The notes: generated from the sequence alone by a model not told the origin. DNA of 64,000 bases from an uncultured Alphaproteobacteria bacterium (GCA_902570155.1 CACFXU010000005.1:50529-114528), one strand, 5' to 3'; numbered from the stretch's first letter, positions 41,618 through 50,857 are shown. Made by a program: numbers and translations.

Positions 41618-43150
41618 TTAAAGTTCTTGATACTTTTCAGCACCGTAATTTGAATATACATCCCAATTAGGGAAGACCCAATCATCACGAGTTACATTAG
41701 CACCGTCTGCTCTTGCCTCTTCAACAGCTTTATCAAGAGCATCTTCATACCTTTGATTACAATCTTTAAGCTGTGCTTCCACACCTTTAAGTTGTCCAGT
41801 ATACAACCCTTGAATAACTAGAGCCAAAGAAGGATCTGGTACTCTAGACTTTGCAGCTACAATACCAACATCTTTATTTCTTACAATTGGATTAGGTCCA
41901 ACAAGTATGTTTTCAGCAAACATAGATAAAGCTTGTGCTGATGGTCCGGTTAAACCAGCTTTAGCAACTGCATCTGGATTAACAGCTGGATCTGCGGCAC
42001 CAACAGTTTGAGCCCAGTAAATTTGACCTTGCTCAGTTCCCATAAATCTAATCAGATCACCAGCAAATGGTCCCATTGTACTATTAGCACTTAACCAAAA
42101 TGTATTTGATCCACCTTCTGCAATGTAAAGTGGTTGCGCTTCTTTTCCATCTGGAACTGGTTCACTTGCAATACCGTATTTCCAATTTGGAGCATCTCTA
42201 CCCCAAACTCCAATACACCAAGGACCCTGGAATATCATTCCTGCTGCACCTTGTGGCATCAAAGCTCTAGCTTGAGGAGCATTCATACTCATAACTCCTG
42301 GGAAAGCGCTACCATCTGATTTTAATTGAAGAAGTAATTCAACTGCTTCCATATATTGATCAGATGCAATTTGGAATTTACCATTCTGGAAGTTAATGTG
42401 TCTATTTGTAAAACCACCTCTTCCACTATGTGCTCCACCTACTTGTCCAAATGTATGGACAACATCTTCCCATCGATTAACTTGGTTTCCACCAATAATC
42501 CAACCATAATACTGACCATTACCATTTTTAGTAATTTTTTTAGCAGCATCTCTGATTTCAGAATATGTCATACGACCAGCTTGAGGATCATAACCAGCTT
42601 CACTCATATATTTTTCACTATACAGAAGACAAGTTCCCGTTCTCTTATTTGCTGTTAAACATGTTCCATAAGTCTTTCCATTGAATTGGTTGACACCAGG
42701 AAGATAAACACCACTAGGAAACGCACCTAACCATTCGTCGATATTTTCAATGTAGTCATCCCATGGTTGTACCCAACCCTCAGATACTGCAACACCAGGA
42801 TCCATTCCTATCGGTAATTGGAATACATCATGAACAGTTCCATTTCTTATAGCAATTGGAACAATTTTATTTATTTCTTTCCATGGCAAACCATCGTATT
42901 CAATAGTGATACCTCTTGAAGCTGCATATTCTGGAAAAAGTTTTTTCCAAAAGACACCTTTCATGTCACCACTATCAATCCATCGCATATTACCGCCAGT
43001 TGTTGGTAATGGTTTTAGTGGATCAGGAATATTAAATTCTCCAGCAAATAGTTTTGAAGGAATAGATCCTGCTGACATCATTGCACCCGCAGCAAGAGCT
43101 CCTTTCATAACTGTACGTCTAGAGATTTTTAAATCTTTTTTCTTCTTCAT
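41618..43150 (-). CDS. Tat-exported carbohydrate ABC substrate-binding protein
   Basis: Twin-arginine signal ISRRTVMKG plus hydrophobic stretch, NGKTYG, FQGPW; upstream of two CUT1 permeases; GGGAGG SD. Confidence 0.85.
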   Translation of the reverse strand: MKKKKDLKISRRTVMKGALAAGAMMSAGSIPSKLFAGEFNIPDPLKPLPTTGGNMRWIDSGDMKGVFWKKLFPEYAASRGITIEYDGLPWKEINKIVPIAIRNGTVHDVFQLPIGMDPGVAVSEGWVQPWDDYIENIDEWLGAFPSGVYLPGVNQFNGKTYGTCLTANKRTGTCLLYSEKYMSEAGYDPQAGRMTYSEIRDAAKKITKNGNGQYYGWIIGGNQVNRWEDVVHTFGQVGGAHSGRGGFTNRHINFQNGKFQIASDQYMEAVELLLQLKSDGSAFPGVMSMNAPQARALMPQGAAGMIFQGPWCIGVWGRDAPNWKYGIASEPVPDGKEAQPLYIAEGGSNTFWLSANSTMGPFAGDLIRFMGTEQGQIYWAQTVGAADPAVNPDAVAKAGLTGPSAQALSMFAENILVGPNPIVRNKDVGIVAAKSRVPDPSLALVIQGLYTGQLKGVEAQLKDCNQRYEDALDKAVEEARADGANVTRDDWVFPNWDVYSNYGAEKYQEL

Positions 43151-43171
43151 TAATTCCTCCCTATTTGCATT

Positions 43172-43189
43172 TTATTTTACGTGAAATAA
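43172..43189. promoter_or_regulatory. palindromic candidate operator or leader hairpin in the divergent SBP/gloA spacer
   Basis: TTATTTTACGTGAAATAA, 16 of 18 positions self-complementary, flanked by TTTGC...GCAAA. Confidence 0.3.
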
Positions 43190-43243
43190 GCAAAATAACA
43201 ATTGAAAATAAATTTAAAATTATGTTAATATTTGTCAGTTTAT

Positions 43244-43669
43244 ATGAAATATTTACACACAATGGTGAGGGTTGAGAACATTGATGCTTCCCTAGATTTT
43301 TACTGTAACAAACTTGGATTAAAAGAGGTGCGACGAGTTGACAATGAAAAAGGTCGTTTTACCTTAATATTTTTAGCTGCTGAAAATAGTGATGAAAGAA
43401 CGGGTCTTCTTGAATTAACCTATAATTGGGATCCTGAAAAATATACTGGGGGAAGAAACTTTGGTCATCTAGCTTACAGTGTTAACAATATTTATGAAGT
43501 GTGTGAGAAATTAATGAACAACGGCGTTACAATTAATAGACCACCTCGTGATGGACATATGGCTTTTGTTCGCTCTCCCGATGGAATTTCCATTGAGATA
43601 TTACAAGAAGGGGAATCTTTACCAGAACAGGAACCATGGAAGTCTATGGAAAATTCTGGAAGCTGGTAA
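43244..43669 (+). CDS. gloA: lactoylglutathione lyase (glyoxalase I, VOC family)
   Basis: YLHTMVRV, ELTYNWD, NFGHLA, SPDGISIE; ATG 43244 preferred. Confidence 0.85.
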   Translation: MKYLHTMVRVENIDASLDFYCNKLGLKEVRRVDNEKGRFTLIFLAAENSDERTGLLELTYNWDPEKYTGGRNFGHLAYSVNNIYEVCEKLMNNGVTINRPPRDGHMAFVRSPDGISIEILQEGESLPEQEPWKSMENSGSW

Positions 43670-43670
43670 T

Positions 43671-44903
43671 TTATAAAGCTAGTTGTTTTTTTCCTAAAGG
43701 AGTTAAGTCGTCAATTGTAGCTCTGTTTTTATAAGTTACTTCATAATCCTCAGCTGCAAAATCAGGTGGGCTTTTTCCCTCGATAAATTTTTTAGATTGC
43801 TTTTGAGCATAAGCTAAATTTTTTTCACAGTAAGGTGTGGATCCAACATACACGACATTTGAATAACCTGTTCCAGAATGATGATCTTCCACTGCATGAA
43901 CTACATCTGGATGCCACCACACTGTATCTCCTGCATTCATTTTTGGAATTGAAACTAATCCTCTTAATAAAAGAGAGTGATACGTCGAATTAACAGATAA
44001 TGCTCTTGCTGGTTTAGAACCACATAATTCATTTTGATTTACATCCTCCATTAAGGCTCTTGTTAAAATAAAAGCCATGGACTTTGCTATTGGTATTAAT
44101 TGAAGTGTACCATCTCCAGGACCTTGTTGAGTTAAAGCAACCCAACCTTGAAAGGTTCTAAAGACATGACTAACAGCGGGAGATTCTATTTCTTTAGTTT
44201 TATTTCTATAAGAAGCATTAAAAGGATCATATTCTAGAAATTTATCAGAAAAAACTTTTTCGTAAACTGATTGATACCCTTTATCTATCCACCTTTCAAC
44301 TGAGCCAGCATCGCAGTGAGGTGACAATCCTAAAGTTGAGTCTCCGGGTTCTCTTCTTCGAATACGATCAGCATAAACAAGTTCTTGATTAGGATCAAAA
44401 ATTACTTCATCTTTATTTTTGTTGATCCAAAGATTATTTAACCATTTTTTTACTACATCCATTTCAGCAGATTGTCTTATTTGCACTTGTGTTTTTGACC
44501 AATACAATCCAAATATCTGCGGTTTACCTGATTTTAATTCACTGAAATATTTATCCAAGTCAGCTTTTTTCTTTTGATCTTCATAATAATTATTTTCTTC
44601 AATATAATTTTCTAAATCTTTGTTCATTTTATGCATCATACTATCTTCAAAAACATCTCTAATAATGACACAACCTTTTTGTTTAACTTCTCTTTCAAAT
44701 TCTTCTGTATTTGAATTTAAGTCTTGGAATTTAATCTCTGGAATAATTTGTTTATTGTTTTTCTTTAAGTCTTCTATTTTTATAATTTCACTCAAAATAT
44801 ATTTTTCAATTTTTGAAAAATTTTCTCTAAAATCCTTTGATTTATTTCTTAAAATATTTTTTTCTTTAATAATTATGTCTTCAATATTTTTTAAATCAAT
44901 CAT
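43671..44903 (-). CDS. DUF1479 (YbiU/Gig2-like) Fe(II)/2OG-fold protein
   Basis: PQIFGLYWS..QV, YADRIRRREPG, LSPHCDAGSVERW, FRTFQGW, WHPDVVHAVE. Confidence 0.85.
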   Translation of the reverse strand: MIDLKNIEDIIIKEKNILRNKSKDFRENFSKIEKYILSEIIKIEDLKKNNKQIIPEIKFQDLNSNTEEFEREVKQKGCVIIRDVFEDSMMHKMNKDLENYIEENNYYEDQKKKADLDKYFSELKSGKPQIFGLYWSKTQVQIRQSAEMDVVKKWLNNLWINKNKDEVIFDPNQELVYADRIRRREPGDSTLGLSPHCDAGSVERWIDKGYQSVYEKVFSDKFLEYDPFNASYRNKTKEIESPAVSHVFRTFQGWVALTQQGPGDGTLQLIPIAKSMAFILTRALMEDVNQNELCGSKPARALSVNSTYHSLLLRGLVSIPKMNAGDTVWWHPDVVHAVEDHHSGTGYSNVVYVGSTPYCEKNLAYAQKQSKKFIEGKSPPDFAAEDYEVTYKNRATIDDLTPLGKKQLAL

Positions 44904-44910
44904 AATTCAA

Positions 44911-45888
44911 TTAAATTTTTACTTTATAATATTTTTCAGGATTAGTTGCCAAAGCTATAACAGATGGAAGAACAAGTCTATAAAATTCAAATAAGCTTTT
45001 GAAAGGTTTAGGTAATTGATCGTCTATTTCTTTTCTTAATTTTTTAAGATTATAGGAAGGTATCATCGGGAACATATGATGTTCTAAATGATATTCCATA
45101 TGCCAATAAAGAAAACTTAATATTGGGTTTATTCGTACAGAGTAAGTGCTTAAGCGGTGATCTTTTGTGTCAACTTTAGCTGCTAGATGTTGAGTCACAT
45201 TAACAGCAAACCAAATTGGCTTCCCAATATAAGTTGGTAAAATAATATAAATTATTGGTAAGAAAGAACCTAAGTAAAAAGAATATATAATAACTGCTAA
45301 CCAAATAAAAACATATAATCTTGAGTTCCAAAGAATTTTTTTCTTTTCTTCTTTAGGTGCTGTTATATCAATAACTGGAGTGAATTTTCCAAAAGCATGT
45401 TTTAAAACTTCAAATTTAATTAATTTATGTGGGTACAATAAATCTGTTAGAGGTATAAAATTCAAAAAGAATGCAAATAATTCTATCGGTCTTGATACTT
45501 GAATTTCGTGATCATAATCATCTTGGGTTTGTAATGTTTTTGAATGATGAAAAGTATGACTCCAGCGCCATCTAAAACCTTCAAAGTCACACATGAAAGA
45601 ACTGATGTGGTAAAAAAATTCATTTATCCAACGAGTCTTGAATGCAGTTCGATGAACAGTTTCATGCCAGTTTGCTACACTGAACGCATAAATTGTACCA
45701 TAAATAAAAAAGAATAGATATGTCCACCACGTACCTAAAGTAATGTATGCTAAATATCCTGAAATAAATAAAGATAAAAAATAAAAGAAGAAATGGATTA
45801 GTCCAGGTAGATCTCTTCTTTTACTTAAGGCTTTTAATTTTTTTCTGTCGACTTCTGGTCTGTACCAATCATCGAGATTAACTTCCAT
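44911..45888 (-). CDS. fatty acid desaturase superfamily di-iron membrane enzyme, MocD-like
   Basis: His boxes HETVH, HTFHH, HLEHH plus TQH; N-terminus WY...RK..K.L..R.D resembles MocD. Confidence 0.8.
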   Translation of the reverse strand: MEVNLDDWYRPEVDRKKLKALSKRRDLPGLIHFFFYFLSLFISGYLAYITLGTWWTYLFFFIYGTIYAFSVANWHETVHRTAFKTRWINEFFYHISSFMCDFEGFRWRWSHTFHHSKTLQTQDDYDHEIQVSRPIELFAFFLNFIPLTDLLYPHKLIKFEVLKHAFGKFTPVIDITAPKEEKKKILWNSRLYVFIWLAVIIYSFYLGSFLPIIYIILPTYIGKPIWFAVNVTQHLAAKVDTKDHRLSTYSVRINPILSFLYWHMEYHLEHHMFPMIPSYNLKKLRKEIDDQLPKPFKSLFEFYRLVLPSVIALATNPEKYYKVKI

Positions 45889-45902
45889 GCTTGATAATTA
45901 AA

Positions 45903-46838
45903 TTAGTTATCCCAACGATCTAACCATGACCCATCAACTGTAGAGTCAAATTGGTCTTTTTTTGAAGTCCCTCTAAATTTAGTGTGTTCTTCTTCATAAC
46001 CTTTAAACCAAGAATCCCAATCAGCTGTATAGCTTGGGTCTTCTGATTTTCTCATTATGATTGGATCAACCAAACCAGTATGAAAACCAGCTTCATCTTT
46101 TGGATTTTGAAATCTTAGGTCAACACTCCATCTTACATCCTCAGATAAATTTTCAAGTGATCGATGAGGAACTAATTGATGTAAAAATAAAACTGAACCA
46201 GCCTTCATTTCACAAGTAACGACTTTCTCCTCTGGAATATCTTTGTCTTCAATAAATAAATACCAAGAATCTTTTACTGAACCATCTTTCTTTTCTAATT
46301 TATGATTCAAAACTCTTTCAGGTCTATGTCCTCCAGGAACAACTTGCATGCATCCATTATTTTTATTTACATCTAGAAATGGAATCCACGCAGCAGGCTG
46401 AGTAGTTTTTTCTGCTCCATCTTTTAAATAAGCAGAATCTTGGTGCCATGGAACTGTCATCCTAGCTGTCTGAGGTGTTTTAGATCTAATATTCCAAACT
46501 GGATGACCAGAAATATCTTTGCCCACCCAATTTTCAACCATATCTAAAAGTTTTTTTGATCCCCATAAGTTAGCAAGTGCTGGTTTCAATTCACCTCTAT
46601 GATGAATTAAAACTGAAGAACCTTTAAAATCTTTTTCGAGAGCAGCTAGTCTTTTAAAAACATCTTTATCATCATGTTTGTTTGTAATTTTTCCAGCTTG
46701 AAAAGCTTTTTCTGCAAAATCATCAACAATTTCTTCAAATTCATTTAATATTGGATTTAACTCATCCATACTAAAAACATTTTCAACGATCGTATAACCT
46801 TCTTCGTTATATTGTTTTATTTGCGCATCACTAATCAT
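45903..46838 (-). CDS. PhyH-family Fe(II)/2-oxoglutarate dioxygenase
   Basis: QYNEEGYTIV, VPWHQD, NGCMQVVPGGH, PHRS..N.S..VRWSVDLRF; GGGAGG SD precedes ATG 46838. Confidence 0.88.
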   Translation of the reverse strand: MISDAQIKQYNEEGYTIVENVFSMDELNPILNEFEEIVDDFAEKAFQAGKITNKHDDKDVFKRLAALEKDFKGSSVLIHHRGELKPALANLWGSKKLLDMVENWVGKDISGHPVWNIRSKTPQTARMTVPWHQDSAYLKDGAEKTTQPAAWIPFLDVNKNNGCMQVVPGGHRPERVLNHKLEKKDGSVKDSWYLFIEDKDIPEEKVVTCEMKAGSVLFLHQLVPHRSLENLSEDVRWSVDLRFQNPKDEAGFHTGLVDPIIMRKSEDPSYTADWDSWFKGYEEEHTKFRGTSKKDQFDSTVDGSWLDRWDN

Positions 46839-46852
46839 AATTCCTCCCAAAA

Positions 46853-47590
46853 TTATCCATTTACTAATAAATCAGTGAGATGATCTATTGTTGTATCCTT
46901 TTTATCCAAATCAGCAATTTTTTCGCCTCTTGCCATTACACATAAATGATCAGCAATTGGATACACATGACTCAAGTTGTGAGTAATAAATATTGATGTC
47001 ACGCCTTGGCTTTTTAATCCTTCTACAAACCTTAGTACTTTATTTGTTTCTTTTACTGATAAGTGGTTTGTTGGTTCGTCTAATATTAAAACTTTTGATT
47101 TAAAATACATTGCTCTTGCAATCACAACACCTTGTCTTTCTCCTCCAGACAATTGGTTAACTGGTGTATCAGGAGATCGAAGATGCAGTTCAACATCTGT
47201 TAATGCTTTCATCGCATCGTCCTGCATGGTTTTAGTTTTCATTAAACCAAAATTGCCAACATTATATTGAGTTTGTTCACGTCCAATAAAAATATTTCTT
47301 GCAATAGACATTTCAGGGATCAAAGCCGAATACTGATAAATTGTTTCAATACCTAAATTCATTGCTTCTTTTGTAGATTTAAATTTAACCTTATTACCTT
47401 CAAAATATATATGACCTGAGTCAGGTTGATGTGCACCAGATAAGATTTTAATTAATGTTGATTTACCAGCACCATTGTCTCCAATAAGACCAACAACAGA
47501 GTCTTTTTTTATCTTTAAGCTTAAATCTTTTAAAGCATGAACTCCTGAATAGTATTTGTTTAGACCCTCACAAACTATTATATCTTCCAT
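46853..47590 (-). CDS. sugar ABC ATPase (CUT2, single NBD)
   Basis: GDNGAGKST, LSGGERQ, LDEPT. Confidence 0.93.
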   Translation of the reverse strand: MEDIIVCEGLNKYYSGVHALKDLSLKIKKDSVVGLIGDNGAGKSTLIKILSGAHQPDSGHIYFEGNKVKFKSTKEAMNLGIETIYQYSALIPEMSIARNIFIGREQTQYNVGNFGLMKTKTMQDDAMKALTDVELHLRSPDTPVNQLSGGERQGVVIARAMYFKSKVLILDEPTNHLSVKETNKVLRFVEGLKSQGVTSIFITHNLSHVYPIADHLCVMARGEKIADLDKKDTTIDHLTDLLVNG

Positions 47591-47592
47591 CT

Positions 47593-48573
47593 TTAATCCT
47601 TTGCCTTGTTTTGACCAATTCGTGTCGCTCTTCTACTTATATAAGTATTAAACACTACGGCTATGATAATTAAAGAACCTAAACCTGCTCTAAACCATTC
47701 CGCATCTATTCTAGCCATAATGATTCCACTTTCTAAAAACCTAATTAGTATTGCGCCAATAACGGCACCAAAAACTGTTCCGATACCTCCAAATAAACTG
47801 ACACCGCCAATAACTGCTGCAGCAATTGACTCTAGTTCTAATAAGTATCCTTGAGATGGTAATGGTGCTTCCAATCTAAATGTTTGAATCATTCCAGCAA
47901 AGCCAGCTAAGAAACCACATAAGATGAAACAAAACATTTTAACGTTTCCAGTCTTTATTCCCATTGAAGATGCTGCGTTTTGATCTCCGCCAGTTGCATA
48001 GATCCAGTTACCAACATTACTTCTGTGAAGCATAACACCTAAAACCACGGCAACTAAAAGAGCCCAGTACAAGGACGCTCTAAATAACTCAAATTGATAA
48101 ACGAATAACTCATTTGGTAAAATATGAGGAAATGGTGGTGGAAATCCTGCAGTAGCTACAGTTGTAAGACTTCTAGCAATATAGAGCATTCCAAGAGTTG
48201 CGATGAAAGAAGGAATACCAAATCTTAAGGTAATAAATCCATTAACAAAACCAACAATAATACCAATCATTAATCCTAGAAAAATAGCGAACCAAGGTGG
48301 TATCCCTTGATGCACCATTTGTACAATAGTCATAGGGACTAATGCAAAAACAGAGCCTACAGATAAATCAAATTCACCTGAGATCATTAATATTGCAATC
48401 CCAATAGCAACAATAATATATTCGGGTGTAATACCCATAACTATTCTTATATTTCTTGCATCTAAAAATCTTTCATTAGCAATATAAAATCCAATCATTA
48501 TTGCTAGAAACATTAAGAAGGTTGCTACTTCTGGTCTTACTAATAAACTTCTAAGACTAAAATTTTTACTCAT
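47593..48573 (-). CDS. sugar ABC permease (RbsC-like)
   Basis: SGEFDLSVG, IPSFIATLG, IAAAVIGGVSLFGG. Confidence 0.93.
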   Translation of the reverse strand: MSKNFSLRSLLVRPEVATFLMFLAIMIGFYIANERFLDARNIRIVMGITPEYIIVAIGIAILMISGEFDLSVGSVFALVPMTIVQMVHQGIPPWFAIFLGLMIGIIVGFVNGFITLRFGIPSFIATLGMLYIARSLTTVATAGFPPPFPHILPNELFVYQFELFRASLYWALLVAVVLGVMLHRSNVGNWIYATGGDQNAASSMGIKTGNVKMFCFILCGFLAGFAGMIQTFRLEAPLPSQGYLLELESIAAAVIGGVSLFGGIGTVFGAVIGAILIRFLESGIIMARIDAEWFRAGLGSLIIIAVVFNTYISRRATRIGQNKAKD

Positions 48574-48587
48574 ATTTTTTTTATTTT

Positions 48588-48621
48588 AAAAAAAACCAGG
48601 CTCTATTTAAAGAGCCTGGTT
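48588..48621 (-). terminator. intrinsic terminator-like hairpin between binding-protein and permease genes
   Basis: aaccaggctct-atttaa-agagcctggtt (48594-48621) followed by a U-tract on the minus strand. Confidence 0.78.
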
Positions 48622-48628
48622 AAGATAT

Positions 48629-49594
48629 TTATCTAACTGACATTCCTTTGAATGATCTGATTGTTTCAACATCATCAGGACCAATCATAGCTTTACCAGT
48701 GTTGATATCTAGTGCACTTAAACCATACTTGTTCATTAAGTATAATTGGTGAACTGACATGTAACCTTGGTAGTATGGTTGTTGGTCAACTGTTAGTTGA
48801 ACATAACCTTTGTCCATTTCTTCGAAAACTACGTCAACTAAGTCAAAACCAGCAAGAAGTATTTCACCAGGTCCGTAACCTAAGTTTCTTACTGCTGCAG
48901 CTGCACCAGCTTCCCAGAAACCTACATCAAGATATGCAGTTGTATTTGGGTTAGCTTGAACATAAGCTGCCACTCTGTTTCCAACAGTTGAAAGATCTAG
49001 ACCTGACTCAATTTTCTCATAAGTTACTTTTCTATCAGGGTTAGCTGCTTTGTAATCTTCCATGAAACGTGCAATACCGTTTCCTCTAGTGTATGCCCAT
49101 GATTGGTTCATGTCTGCAACACCGATTAGAACGTGAATATCTCCATCAGGAAACATTTCAGAAAGATTAGCTGTTAATTCATAACCAGCTGCTTCTAAGT
49201 CTTGTCCAACATATGCTAGTCTGTTACTACCAGCAGCACCTTCTGGATCATCAGTATTAGCTGTAATTACTGGAATACCAGCAGCTAATGCTTCATCAAC
49301 TGCAGCATCAAAGATAGTTGGGTTAGTAATTGTAGTTACGATACCATCAACACCTTGAGCTATTGAAGACTCTAAGTTTTGTAATTGCTCTTGTTGGTCT
49401 CCATCACCTGAAAGAGTTAACATTTGGCAATCAGCATTAATTTGTGCACAAGCATCTTTAAAACCTTTGTGAACAGCTGCCCAGAAAGCATTGTTCGTAT
49501 CACTGTGCATTACGAAGTTAAATTTGTATTCTGCCTTCGCTGAAGTAGCAAAAAGTGCTACAGAGGCAAGAATAATTGAAGCAATTTTTTTCAT
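48629..49594 (-). CDS. sugar/polyol ABC substrate-binding protein (RbsB-like)
   Basis: Signal peptide AKA, NAFWAAV, GIPVITAN, YVGQD, VDQQPYYQGY; AGGAGG SD. Confidence 0.9.
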   Translation of the reverse strand: MKKIASIILASVALFATSAKAEYKFNFVMHSDTNNAFWAAVHKGFKDACAQINADCQMLTLSGDGDQQEQLQNLESSIAQGVDGIVTTITNPTIFDAAVDEALAAGIPVITANTDDPEGAAGSNRLAYVGQDLEAAGYELTANLSEMFPDGDIHVLIGVADMNQSWAYTRGNGIARFMEDYKAANPDRKVTYEKIESGLDLSTVGNRVAAYVQANPNTTAYLDVGFWEAGAAAAVRNLGYGPGEILLAGFDLVDVVFEEMDKGYVQLTVDQQPYYQGYMSVHQLYLMNKYGLSALDINTGKAMIGPDDVETIRSFKGMSVR

Positions 49595-49617
49595 GCATTC
49601 CTCCTATAAATAATATT

Positions 49618-49646
49618 TTCCTAGCAAGAATGGGTATGTAAAACAA
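49618..49646 (-). promoter_or_regulatory. candidate sigma70 promoter of the SBP operon
   Basis: TTGTTT-N17-TAGGAA on the minus strand, TG just upstream of -10; a weak match in AT-rich DNA. Confidence 0.25.
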
Positions 49647-49705
49647 GGAGAAATATTGGGAATTAGGCTGTAAAATTATCGCACTAATCAATAGCTAAGC
49701 AAAAT

Positions 49706-50857
49706 TTATATTTTTTTTAGGATTTGCCTTATGAAATCGTCATGCATGGGTTCAGGCTTCACACACGAAGAACGGAGCTCTACTTCCACTTTATAAATTG
49801 AAGAAATCATAGCACATTCAATTACATCTAAAACGTGAAGAGCAAGTTCTCCATTACACCTATGCATTCTATTATTTTCGATGGCGTCAATCATTTCAGC
49901 TAACCCAATACCCCTGTAGTTTGCTTGTTCAGGCGCTTCATTACTTCTTCCACTATGGTTAACAATATTTGTTTTTCCAAGGGGTTTATCTTCGACGCTA
50001 ATATCTTTCCATTCAGATCCAAACTCACCAGATATGGAAACTGGACCACCAAACATATTTGGATCAGGAACTACTATTGAACCTTTCGTTCCATAAAGCT
50101 CCATATGATTACGTTTATGATTTAAAACATCAAATGAAATGAAACCTTGAATGATAGCTTTATTTTGAAACTCAATATTAAACATATAAGAAGTTGGAAT
50201 TTCAACATTAAAAGTTTCTCCTTTTTTTGGACCAGCTTTGTATTCTCTTTTATCAGAAAATTTAGCTCCTCTTCCTCTTATATTTTTTACAGGACCTAGA
50301 AGATTAACAAGGGTGGTGAAAAAATATGGACCCATATCTATTACAGGTCCTCCTCCTTCTTGAAACCAAGACTCAGGACTTGGATGAAAATCTTGAACGC
50401 CAGGAAAAGCAAATATAAAATTACCAGTTAGAACTTGTCCAATATCATTGTTGTCAATTAAATTTCGTGTAAGTTGCCCTCCCCCTCCTAAAAAAGTATC
50501 TGGTGCATTCCCAATGTAGAGACTATTTTTTTTTGCTAAATTTAATAATTCTTTTGCTTCATCAAACTTAACACTCATTGGTTTTTCACAATAAACATGT
50601 TTGTTTGACTCAATAGCTCTTTTAGATATTTCATAATGCGCTTGGGGAATTGTGAGATTAAGAATGATGTCTACATTCTTGTCATTAAGTATTTCATCAA
50701 CTGATAAAGGAATAATATTATATTGATCAGCTGTTTTTTTAGCGGCATCTAAATTAATATCAGCACAAGCAACAAAATTTATATTGTTAAAATATTCCTG
50801 AGCCCGAAAGTAGGTCTCTGCGATATTACCACAACCAATTAGACCAATATTTTTCAT
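49706..50857 (-). CDS. Gfo/Idh/MocA family oxidoreductase (paralog of 23675-24820)
   Basis: GLIGCGNIA, CEKP, APDTFLG, GGGPVIDMGPY, ANYRGIG. Confidence 0.9.
   Translation of the reverse strand: MKNIGLIGCGNIAETYFRAQEYFNNINFVACADINLDAAKKTADQYNIIPLSVDEILNDKNVDIILNLTIPQAHYEISKRAIESNKHVYCEKPMSVKFDEAKELLNLAKKNSLYIGNAPDTFLGGGGQLTRNLIDNNDIGQVLTGNFIFAFPGVQDFHPSPESWFQEGGGPVIDMGPYFFTTLVNLLGPVKNIRGRGAKFSDKREYKAGPKKGETFNVEIPTSYMFNIEFQNKAIIQGFISFDVLNHKRNHMELYGTKGSIVVPDPNMFGGPVSISGEFGSEWKDISVEDKPLGKTNIVNHSGRSNEAPEQANYRGIGLAEMIDAIENNRMHRCNGELALHVLDVIECAMISSIYKVEVELRSSCVKPEPMHDDFIRQILKKI

Noticed and set aside
44911-45888. Calling the His-box protein a membrane lipid desaturase
   Set aside because: The N-terminus and the sugar-ABC/oxygenase/iolD context fit MocD-like catabolic oxygenases better; the substrate remains unproven.
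49595-49705. 111-nt spacer as a riboswitch or small RNA
   Set aside because: Only an imperfect AT-rich inverted repeat around a plausible promoter; no recognisable aptamer. An Rfam/Infernal scan would be needed to exclude it fully.
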